From: Methanoregula sp.
GTDB lineage: Archaea; Halobacteriota; Methanomicrobia; Methanomicrobiales; Methanospirillaceae
Direction: 5' to 3'
DNA length: 64,000 nucleotides
Assembly (NCBI GenBank): GCA_039698055.1
Contig: JBDKTL010000032.1
Coordinates: 1-64,000, forward strand
The notes beneath the pieces were generated by a model. It saw only the letters and a program-made list of their open reading frames with translations. It did no database searches and was not told where the DNA came from. The stretch's first letter is position 1; the number at the start of each line of letters is the position of its first letter. The translations under genes were made by a program, and so were the position numbers. Below, one piece after another: positions 49,106 to 57,183 of the stretch.

Positions 49106-49869
49106 TGCTATCAGTAAACGAACTGAAATTTATGTACAGGAACAAGAGTGTCCTCCACGAAATCGGATTTTCGATTGAACAGGGGCAGGTTGTCGCAGTG
49201 CTTGGCCCAAACGGAGTCGGGAAAACAACCCTCTTAAAGTGTCTCAACCGGATCCTGAAAGTCCGTCAGGGAACCGTGCTCCTTGATGGGGAGAGCCTGC
49301 TTGATCTCAGCACCATGGATATCGCCCGACGGGTCGGCTACGTGCCGCAGAGAGTAGAAACCGGGCGCCTCACCGCGTTCGATGCAATCCTGCTTGGCCG
49401 GCGCCCGCATATCGGCTGGGATGTCACTCCCCGCGATCTCGCCATAGTGGACGCCGTTTTGACCAAACTTGGCATGGAAGCCCTGCGCCTTGCCTATCTC
49501 GATGAGATGAGTGGCGGCGAACTCCAGAAAGTCGCCATCGCCCGGGCGCTCGTACAGGAGCCCAAAGTCCTGCTTCTCGATGAACCGACAAGCAACCTTG
49601 ACTTAAAAAACCAGGTCGATATCCTCACAACGATCCGTGAAATTGTCAGGGATCATAAGATCGCGGCGGTCATGACAATGCATGACTTAAACCAGGCCCT
49701 GCGGTTTGCAGATACATTCATTTTCATAAAAAACGGGGCCGTGTATATCCACGGGAACCAGGATGTTATCACTCCCCTGGTTATCGAAGAAGTCTACGGC
49801 CTCCCGGTAATAATCGGAGAACTCGGCGGCATCCGGTGTGTAATTCCGGATGCCTGTAAAATCACATAG
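49102..49869 (+). CDS. ABC ATPase (FecE/BtuD-like)
   Basis: GPNGVGKT, MSGGELQK and LLDEPT. Confidence 0.9.
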   Translation: MMLSVNELKFMYRNKSVLHEIGFSIEQGQVVAVLGPNGVGKTTLLKCLNRILKVRQGTVLLDGESLLDLSTMDIARRVGYVPQRVETGRLTAFDAILLGRRPHIGWDVTPRDLAIVDAVLTKLGMEALRLAYLDEMSGGELQKVAIARALVQEPKVLLLDEPTSNLDLKNQVDILTTIREIVRDHKIAAVMTMHDLNQALRFADTFIFIKNGAVYIHGNQDVITPLVIEEVYGLPVIIGELGGIRCVIPDACKIT

Positions 49870-49881
49870 GAGAGAGATATT

Positions 49882-50514
49882 ATGCAAAATACCCATGACA
49901 AAAAAACCCGGTCAGTAACGTATGAAGACTGCGTACAGTTCCACGGGCACTCCTGCCCGGGTCTTGCCTCCGGGTACCGTGCAGCAACCGCTGCGATGAC
50001 CGCACTTGGTGTCGCCCGGCCAGAAGATGAGGACCTTGTCGCAATCTGCGAAACCGATGCCTGCGGTGTGGACGCGATTCAGGTCATTGCCGGGACAACG
50101 GCCGGCAAGGGCAACCTGATCATTTACGATTACGGAAAACATGCATTCACCTTCTATAACAGGAATGATGGAAGGGCAGTCCGGGTCACCTTCCACCGGA
50201 ATGAGACAACTGAAACCGGGGAGTTTGCCGCATTGCGGGCAAATGTGTTTTCAGGCAAGGCATCAAAAGATGAAGAGAAACAGTTCCGCGAGATGATGAT
50301 CAAAGCAACCAGCGATCTGCTCCACGCCCCGGCAGAAAAGATCCTCACCCTTCAGGAAATTACCATGGACGCGCCGAATAAAGCCCGTATATTTGCTTCG
50401 GTGACCTGTGAGAACTGCGGCGAATCTGTCGCAGATGCAAAGACGCGGAAAGTCGATGGCAGGTGTGTCTGTATCCCCTGCGCAGAAGGTACGCACCTTG
50501 CAAAGAAAAGATAA
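49882..50514 (+). CDS. fmdE: FmdE-family protein with C-terminal zinc finger
   Basis: FHGHSCPG, CGVDAIQ, GKGNL and CENCGE...CIPC. Confidence 0.88.
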   Translation: MQNTHDKKTRSVTYEDCVQFHGHSCPGLASGYRAATAAMTALGVARPEDEDLVAICETDACGVDAIQVIAGTTAGKGNLIIYDYGKHAFTFYNRNDGRAVRVTFHRNETTETGEFAALRANVFSGKASKDEEKQFREMMIKATSDLLHAPAEKILTLQEITMDAPNKARIFASVTCENCGESVADAKTRKVDGRCVCIPCAEGTHLAKKR

Positions 50515-50546
50515 AGGGTTACCCGGGTTTATAAAAAGATGATACC

Positions 50547-50984
50547 ATGAATTTTACCTTGCGACCAATCGGCCACGTGCGGTCTCCCTATAAAGAGAGG
50601 AAGGACGCACCCCGGCAGGGGCGGTTATCGGACACCGTTTCGGAGATCGTAATCGATGACCAGTACCTTCCCGGGCTTGACGACATTGAGACGAATCCGA
50701 ACCTGATCGTCCTTTCATGGTTTGACCGGTCAGACCGGACCGTGCTCCGGGCGACACCACCGCATAAACCGGTCGAACACGGGGTATTTGCAACCCGGTC
50801 ACCTGACCGCCCCAACCCGGTGGCATTCTCCGTCGTCGACCTGCTCGGCCGGGACGGGAATATCCTTCGCGTCAGGGGGCTCGATGCCCTTGACGGGACA
50901 CCGGTAGTGGATATCAAACCGTATTCGCCGGATATCGATTGCGTTAAAAATCTGAAGGGAAACGAAGGCCAAAAAAAAGATTAA
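50547..50984 (+). CDS. tsaA: TsaA/TrmO-family protein, paralog 3
   Basis: PIGHVRSPY, APRQG, GVFATRSPDRPNP and DGTPVVDIKPY. Confidence 0.85.
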   Translation: MNFTLRPIGHVRSPYKERKDAPRQGRLSDTVSEIVIDDQYLPGLDDIETNPNLIVLSWFDRSDRTVLRATPPHKPVEHGVFATRSPDRPNPVAFSVVDLLGRDGNILRVRGLDALDGTPVVDIKPYSPDIDCVKNLKGNEGQKKD

Positions 50985-51105
50985 CGGGAAATGAGAGGTT
51001 GCCTCGGGGAGCATTCCCGGGGAATCCCCGGATACTTCACGCATAATTTGCCGGGTCCGGGACAATACCTATATTCACCGGGATATATGATCCTGTTTTG
51101 GGATT

Positions 51106-52374
51106 ATGCAGTCAGGTATACCGGGTGGCAGCAGCGGGCTGAAGCGCGAGATTGGTCTTTTTGGTGCCACAGCACTTGGCATTGGGGCAATCATCGGCTC
51201 CGGTATTTTCATCGTGACTGGGATCGTTGCCGGTATCGCAGGCCCTGCAATGATCGTATCGGTCATCATTGCCGGTGCCATAGCCGTCTTCTCAGCGATG
51301 AGTGTCGCCGAACTGGGTGCGTATCTCCCGGAAGAGGGCGGGACCTATGCGTATGCCCAAAAACTCATCTCACCTTTTGCCGGGTTCATTGCCGGCTGGA
51401 TATGGATCTTCTCCAACATCTTTGTCGGGGCGGCGGTCTCGCTGGGTTTTGCCTATTATTTTGTCACCATTTTCCCTGCGGTCCCGGTAAAGATTATCGC
51501 CGTGGTGATCTGCCTTGTTTTCATCTTCATCAATTATATCGGGCTTAAAGAATCGGTCCTTTTCAACAATATCCTTGTCACAGCAAAAGTCCTGATCCTC
51601 GTGTTCTTCGTGGCATTCGGGCTGGGATTTTTCCACCCGGGCAATTTCATTCCCTTTACACCTCCGCAAGGATCGCTTGGAATCCTCAGTGGTGCGGCAC
51701 TCATCTTTTTTGCCTATACCGGGTTTGCCCGGGTCACCATTATGGCCGAAGAAGTAAAAGACCCGGAAAAAACCATACCCCGCTCCATCTATCTCGCGCT
51801 GGGAATCTCGACGGTTATCTACCTGCTCGTGAGCATTGTCGCTATCGGTATTGCCGGCACCCCGGTTCTTGCGCAATCCGGCTCACCTCTTGCCGATGCA
51901 ATCGGAAGTACCGGTAGTTCCGGGGCAGTCCTCCTGATCTCACTGGGGGCAATGATCGCAACCGCAAGCGTTCTTTTAACCACTATCATGGGAATATCCC
52001 GCATCGTCTTTTCCATGTCCCGCAACCAGGATCTTCCCCCACTGTTTGACAGGATCCACCCCGTTTTCAGAACACCCCATTATGCTATTGCCATCACCGG
52101 TGCCTGCATGATTGCTGCCCTCATGCTCGCTGATCTTGCGATGGTCGTTTCTGTCAGCACGTTTGCCATGCTGGTATTCTACCTGATCGCAAACATTGCC
52201 GCACTCAGGCTGCCCCATGAACACCGCCGGTATCCCTCATGGATTCCGGCAACAGGAGTGCTGAGCTGTATCGGGCTGATCGCTTTTCTTACCCCGGTTT
52301 CCTGGGTTATCGGGTGTATCGGGCTCCTGATTGGCGGGTCGTGGTTTTTTTTCCACAAAACGGCGATTTCATAA
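51106..52374 (+). CDS. APC-family amino acid permease
   Basis: IGSGIF, GGTYAY and FAYTGF; about 12 TMs. Confidence 0.9.
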   Translation: MQSGIPGGSSGLKREIGLFGATALGIGAIIGSGIFIVTGIVAGIAGPAMIVSVIIAGAIAVFSAMSVAELGAYLPEEGGTYAYAQKLISPFAGFIAGWIWIFSNIFVGAAVSLGFAYYFVTIFPAVPVKIIAVVICLVFIFINYIGLKESVLFNNILVTAKVLILVFFVAFGLGFFHPGNFIPFTPPQGSLGILSGAALIFFAYTGFARVTIMAEEVKDPEKTIPRSIYLALGISTVIYLLVSIVAIGIAGTPVLAQSGSPLADAIGSTGSSGAVLLISLGAMIATASVLLTTIMGISRIVFSMSRNQDLPPLFDRIHPVFRTPHYAIAITGACMIAALMLADLAMVVSVSTFAMLVFYLIANIAALRLPHEHRRYPSWIPATGVLSCIGLIAFLTPVSWVIGCIGLLIGGSWFFFHKTAIS

Positions 52375-52440
52375 CCGGTCCCTGCACTTTCCATCGGGTT
52401 TATTAATCCTGACACCTTCAGAGGATCATAAGGAGTTCTT

Positions 52441-52737
52441 ATGAAGCGCATCACCGTCAACACAATCATCGATATCGGCTGCCTGCTTACGTTCATTCCC
52501 TCGCTTATCACCGGGCTTGTACTCTATCTTGTGCTACCATCCGGTGGGGGGAGAGGTAATGGCTGGTCACTGTATCTTGGCATCAGCCGCAACCAGTGGG
52601 TTACGTTGCACGACTATACAAGTTTCCTGTTCACCGCCCTGCTCATCGTCCACCTGCTCCTGCACGGGAAATTTTTCCGGCATATCTGCAGGAATCTCAA
52701 ACCGGATGGAAAAGAGCCCGAAGATTGTGAAACGTGA
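52441..52737 (+). CDS. DUF4405-like small membrane protein
   Basis: Two TMs; W..LHD...HLLLH histidines. Confidence 0.7.
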   Translation: MKRITVNTIIDIGCLLTFIPSLITGLVLYLVLPSGGGRGNGWSLYLGISRNQWVTLHDYTSFLFTALLIVHLLLHGKFFRHICRNLKPDGKEPEDCET

Positions 52738-52774
52738 TTATTGACCTATAAATCCCCTGCTGATTCAGAGAACC

Positions 52775-53629
52775 CTACCATTCAATGGTCATACTTACGC
52801 CGGTTTCCTTCAGGGGACAATACGATGCAAGCGCAATTTTTGCCATAAGTGAAGTACAATGACAGGCGTGCAGGGCTTTGAGGTTGAGATCCCGCAGGTA
52901 CTCTCCCGTCTTTTTTATACGGATCTCGTCCGGGGCCAGAAGGTGAAGCCCCCCGATAATACCGGCAACCCGGGGTTCTTTGCAGATCGTACGGGCGTAC
53001 TCCGTGATGTTGCAGATCCCCGCGTGAGAACAACCCGTTATGATAACGAGCCCGGTACTGGCACGAAACGCAAGGGCGGAATCATCCAGCAGGAGATCAG
53101 GAATTGAACTCCCGTCGGGCAGTACAATCCTCCGTGTTCCGGGTCCTGTGTGTTCAAACGGGAAATTTCGGGGGATCTCTCCAAGAAAGACGAGATCACT
53201 GGTTATCCACACCGGCTTTTCCGAGAGGTTCACCCTGTACTGTCGACGCACCTCATCCTTGTTCACCTGCGGGTCTTTATTCGGGTGCGGGGATTTCTGC
53301 CGGGGGTAAAAGCAGCGGGGGTGGGCAACCAGTTCCGGTACCCTGCGGAGAATGGTTGAAATCTTCGTTTCAGCCATATGACGGGCAAGCGGGAGAAGGC
53401 CCCCAATATGGTCAAGGTGCCCATGAGAGAGTACAATACAATCCAGATCCTGCAGGCTGATCCCCATCTTTCCTGCATTGAGAAGAAATGCATCCGAATA
53501 CCCAGTATCAAACAGGATCTTCTTTCCCCCAGTTTCAAGGAGGATCGAGAGTCCGGGTTCGCCAAGAAAATACCGGTCCGTCAGGGTAGTATTATCGACA
53601 AGAACCGTGAGGGAAAGCTGCGGTGCCAT
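52775..53629 (-). CDS. MBL-fold metallohydrolase (intact paralog)
   Basis: LFDTG, LSHGHLDHIGG, TGCSHAG, GGLHL and ACHCT. Confidence 0.88.
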   Translation of the reverse strand: MAPQLSLTVLVDNTTLTDRYFLGEPGLSILLETGGKKILFDTGYSDAFLLNAGKMGISLQDLDCIVLSHGHLDHIGGLLPLARHMAETKISTILRRVPELVAHPRCFYPRQKSPHPNKDPQVNKDEVRRQYRVNLSEKPVWITSDLVFLGEIPRNFPFEHTGPGTRRIVLPDGSSIPDLLLDDSALAFRASTGLVIITGCSHAGICNITEYARTICKEPRVAGIIGGLHLLAPDEIRIKKTGEYLRDLNLKALHACHCTSLMAKIALASYCPLKETGVSMTIEW

Positions 53630-53757
53630 GGATACGTATCACCCCTGCGAGATGATGAGATTTCTCGTTCCTGCTCCTGAATATATTGCAAGAGAATGCA
53701 GGTCACTTATGTTTATGTTATTTTTTCATGGTATGATACGATCCTTTAAATTATTTA

Positions 53758-53771
53758 TGCGCATATGAGTA
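53758..53771 (+). promoter_or_regulatory. Operator copy 4 (TGCGCATATGAGTA)
   Basis: Follows TTTAAAT at 53745. Confidence 0.8.
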
Positions 53772-53806
53772 ATTATAGTACGGAAAACCGTACCCATGGT
53801 GAAACA

Positions 53807-54043
53807 ATGACAGACATGAAAAAAACAATACAAAACACTTCAGTAAAAGCCCAGACCCCACAAGATGCCGACGCCGCACACACCTGTGCCTGTGGCGAAA
53901 CACATCCACATACTCCGGGCAGCCCAAGTCACCGGGATGCATGCACGTCTCCCAAGAAATTCGGTGATTCCTGCTGCTGCGGTACTGATTCCGCTGCTAC
54001 AAACACTCACCGCTGCTGCGGACACGAACCGCAGGATAAGTAA
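53807..54043 (+). CDS. Small Cys/His-rich metallothionein-like protein
   Basis: 78 aa with 8 Cys (CAC, CCC, CC) and 6 His; GGTGA RBS; directly after operator 4. Confidence 0.6.
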   Translation: MTDMKKTIQNTSVKAQTPQDADAAHTCACGETHPHTPGSPSHRDACTSPKKFGDSCCCGTDSAATNTHRCCGHEPQDK

Positions 54044-54095
54044 GTAGCAATTTAAAAAAACACCTTTTCAGACATGCACAGCAGAGTGAACCGTG

Positions 54096-54395
54096 ATGAA
54101 CGATCGTCTCAGTATTCCCGAGCTGCTGGAACAGTACATGGAAACCGGCGGGAACAAAGAACAATGGATTACGGTGAACGATCTCCGCACATTTTTTCAT
54201 CTGGACGATACGGCTTCACCTGCAATATCAGGATTCCTGCGCAGGATCAATCATGGCCCGTTTTTTACCTGCCAGTACCGGGTGATACGTATAGAAAAGA
54301 TGATTATTGACACACCGCATCCCCGTATGATCAAGCGGTACCTGATTGCCAGAAGACCCGGGTCCGCAAAGAAAGAAGACACCGGATCTCAGTAA
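54096..54395 (+). CDS. Hypothetical protein, paralog of 42661-42984
   Basis: IPELLEQYM...WITVNDLR...ISGFLRRINHGPF. Confidence 0.7.
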   Translation: MNDRLSIPELLEQYMETGGNKEQWITVNDLRTFFHLDDTASPAISGFLRRINHGPFFTCQYRVIRIEKMIIDTPHPRMIKRYLIARRPGSAKKEDTGSQ

Positions 54396-54466
54396 GGCAT
54401 TCCTTTGATTATATCATCGGGAACATTAATTGTATCAACGACAACATGATTGATCAGGGAACTTGC

Positions 54467-54826
54467 ATGGCAGACGTCGAAAATCCTGAAATACCCGGAT
54501 GCCCCCGACGGGGCCGGCCAAGGATGCAGCGCATCATCCAGAGTGCATCAGAATCCCGGTGCTACAAGCCCTGCTGTTGCCCGGAAAAAGAGGGGGAAGG
54601 CATCTCGCTCAAACCCGATGAGATCGAGCTAATCCGGCTCATCGATCTTGAAGGACTTGAACAGGAAGAGGCAGCGGAAAAACTCGGTGTGTCACGCAAG
54701 ACCGCGTGGCGCGACCTGCATGAAGCCCGGCGCAAGATCGCAGATGCATTAGTCAACGGCAAGGGAATCGAGATGGCTGGCTGCATAAAAGCAGCCGAAG
54801 GCCAGTGCCCAAAATGCCCACGGTGA
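54467..54826 (+). CDS. DUF134 HTH protein, paralog 3 (Cys-rich)
   Basis: RRGRPR and DEIELIRLIDLEGLEQEEAAEKLGVSRKT...ARRKIADAL; PCCCP and CPKCP. Confidence 0.88.
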   Translation: MADVENPEIPGCPRRGRPRMQRIIQSASESRCYKPCCCPEKEGEGISLKPDEIELIRLIDLEGLEQEEAAEKLGVSRKTAWRDLHEARRKIADALVNGKGIEMAGCIKAAEGQCPKCPR

Positions 54827-54885
54827 AATCTCTTCCTCAAAAAGGGCACCCTGTTTTTATCCATTCACCAATGTTTAAATATTTT

Positions 54886-54899
54886 CGCTCATATGAGTA
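54886..54899 (+). promoter_or_regulatory. Operator copy 5 (CGCTCATATGAGTA)
   Basis: Follows TTTAAAT at 54874; no substantial ORF downstream. Confidence 0.7.
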
Positions 54900-55068
54900 A
54901 TTACCGGTCCCCGATACGGGATTGCAGATGACAGGATGGAGAGGGGTTTCCCGGCTGATATGCTCCCCCAACTTACCACATGCGCTCAAAAGATCGTGAC
55001 TGATGCAACCGGTTCAAAATAACAATCCATTGAGAAGAGAATGTGGCGGAAGAAGTCTGCCATGCATG

Positions 55069-55091
55069 CCGGAGACTTTTTTAGTCTCCGG
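55069..55091. terminator. Hairpin CCGGAGACT-T5-AGTCTCCGG
   Basis: Perfect 9-bp stem flanked by ATGCAT copies. Confidence 0.45.
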
Positions 55092-55157
55092 GAGATGCAT
55101 GCAGGGCAAAGTCCCCCGCTTACTTCTCCTGTTTGATTCACTACGCTTAAATCTTTA

Positions 55158-55171
55158 TGCGCATATGTGTA
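55158..55171 (+). promoter_or_regulatory. Operator copy 6 (TGCGCATATGTGTA)
   Basis: Follows TTAAAT at 55147; upstream of the DUF5320-like peptide and atwA. Confidence 0.78.
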
Positions 55172-55205
55172 AATATTAGCCATATCATATCTGGACGTGA
55201 TCGAT

Positions 55206-55352
55206 ATGCCGAACTTTGACGGAACCGGGCCCCTGAAACGAGGACGGATAATAGGGCGAAAAAAAGGTACCTGCAGGAACTGCATTGATGAAATCCCGTG
55301 TAATGATGAGGAAAAGAATAAACCCGTGAAGGATGAGGAGCCTGACACGTAA
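55206..55352 (+). CDS. 48-aa DUF5320-like peptide (absent from ORF track)
   Basis: MPNFDGTGPLKRGRIIGRKKGTCRNC..., same N-terminus as the other DUF5320 proteins. Confidence 0.7.
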   Translation: MPNFDGTGPLKRGRIIGRKKGTCRNCIDEIPCNDEEKNKPVKDEEPDT

Positions 55353-55373
55353 GGCATGGGGACGGATTGAGCC

Positions 55374-56969
55374 ATGACTGCACCATTCATCAGCGTAAAC
55401 AATCTCTGCATGGACTTTGAAGGTACAAAAGTCCTCAATGACGTATCGTTCGAGATCCCCGAAGGCGAGATTATCGGGGTTATCGGGCGGAGCGGAGCGG
55501 GGAAAAGCGTATTAATGCACCTGCTCCGGGGCGTAGAACAGCCGCCGACCAAAGGTTCCATCGTCTATCACATGGCAGCCTGCAACCACTGCAATTTTAT
55601 GGATGTCCAGAGCAGGGCAGGAAAGAAATGCCCCGAATGCGGCGGAGAACTTGTTGCCGTGGATGTCGATCTCTGGGATGAGAACACGGATGGCATGAAA
55701 TCCCGGGTGATGCACCGGACCGCGATCATGTTCCAGCGCACGTTCGCACTGTATGGAGACGACCGGGTGATCGAGAACGTCCTCCACGCGCTCGACGACA
55801 TCAACTACCCGCAGGAACAGGCCGTCACCCGTGCTGCCGACCTGATCGACCAGGTCAGGCTGTCACACCGGATGATGCACATCGCCCGTGACCTGTCAGG
55901 AGGCGAGAAACAACGGGTTGTGCTCGCCCGGCAGCTCGCAAAAAACCCGGCGATGCTCTTTGCCGATGAACCGACCGGTACGCTCGACCCCGAAACTGCA
56001 CGGCTGGTTCACGGTATGCTCATTGAAGCGGCAAAAAAGAACACCATGGGGATGGTCGTCACCTCGCACTTTTCCCAGGTAATAGAAGATATGGCGAGCC
56101 GTGCGATCCTGCTGGTCGATGGCGGGATCGCAGCAATGGGCTCCCCAAAGAGCGTGATCCGGTCGTTTGCAAAAGGCTACCATGAAATTGAGGAATTGGC
56201 ACCGCCACAACTGGGGAAGAAACTTCTCTTGGCCCGCGACGTAACAAAGCGCTACATTTCGGTCGATCGCGGCGTGGTCAGGGCCGTGAATATGGTATCA
56301 TTTGATGTCCAGAAAAAAGAGATATTCGGCATTATCGGGAAGAGCGGTGCGGGAAAGACCACGCTTTCGCGGATTATGGCCGGGATTATTGAACCGACCA
56401 GTGGCGAGATGAACGTCCTGATTGGTGACGACTGGGTCGACATGACCAAACCCGGGATTGAAGAGCGGGGCCGGGCAAAAGAGTACATCGGACTTTTGCA
56501 CCAAGAGTACGATCTGTTCCCCCACAGGAATGTGCTGGATAACCTGACCGATTCAATTGGCCTTGAATTCCCAAAAGAACTGGCGAGCAGAACAGCCGTC
56601 ATTACGCTCATGATGGCCGGGTTCACGGAAGAAAAAGCACATGAGATCCTCAACCGGATGCCCGGGGAACTCTCCGATGGCGAGCGGCACCGGGTCGCAC
56701 TTGCACAGGTGCTCATCAAAGAGCCGCGCCTCGTGATCCTTGATGAGCCGACCGGCACCATGGATCCGATCACCAAACAGGATGTCAAACACTCCATCCT
56801 GCATGCCCGTGACGAGATGGACGAGACGTTTATTGTCGTCTCCCATGACATGGATTTTGTGCGGGATATCTGTGACCGGCTGGCCCTGATGCGGGGCGGG
56901 AAGATTATTCAGATCGGCACGACCGCAGAAATTCTTGCCCAGGTAACGGAAGACGACCGGAAAGACTGA
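55374..56969 (+). CDS. atwA: Methyl-coenzyme M reductase system component A2 (dual ABC ATPase)
   Basis: Two Walker A motifs, CNHC/CPECG Zn site, [27 protein letters not shown] and DRGVV. Confidence 0.92.
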   Translation: MTAPFISVNNLCMDFEGTKVLNDVSFEIPEGEIIGVIGRSGAGKSVLMHLLRGVEQPPTKGSIVYHMAACNHCNFMDVQSRAGKKCPECGGELVAVDVDLWDENTDGMKSRVMHRTAIMFQRTFALYGDDRVIENVLHALDDINYPQEQAVTRAADLIDQVRLSHRMMHIARDLSGGEKQRVVLARQLAKNPAMLFADEPTGTLDPETARLVHGMLIEAAKKNTMGMVVTSHFSQVIEDMASRAILLVDGGIAAMGSPKSVIRSFAKGYHEIEELAPPQLGKKLLLARDVTKRYISVDRGVVRAVNMVSFDVQKKEIFGIIGKSGAGKTTLSRIMAGIIEPTSGEMNVLIGDDWVDMTKPGIEERGRAKEYIGLLHQEYDLFPHRNVLDNLTDSIGLEFPKELASRTAVITLMMAGFTEEKAHEILNRMPGELSDGERHRVALAQVLIKEPRLVILDEPTGTMDPITKQDVKHSILHARDEMDETFIVVSHDMDFVRDICDRLALMRGGKIIQIGTTAEILAQVTEDDRKD

Positions 56970-57183
56970 CCGGAAGAATTCTTATAAAATATCCCGGGCA
57001 AACGGGAAGACCCATACCAATCCACCCATAAAATTTCGTTTTTATAACCGCCGGATAAGTCCCTGTTAAAACCATGGACGCTGGCCACACCACGGTTCCG
57101 GGGAATTGTCCTCCATCGGGTTTCCAAACATCAGATACGGCAGAATGAAAACGATTATACCGTAAAGAGGGGAAAAAAGGGTA

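Noticed and set aside
53765-53806. ORF-track start of the Cys/His-rich peptide
   Set aside because: That ATG is part of the operator (CATATG), too close to the TATA box to be transcribed; ATG 53807 has an RBS
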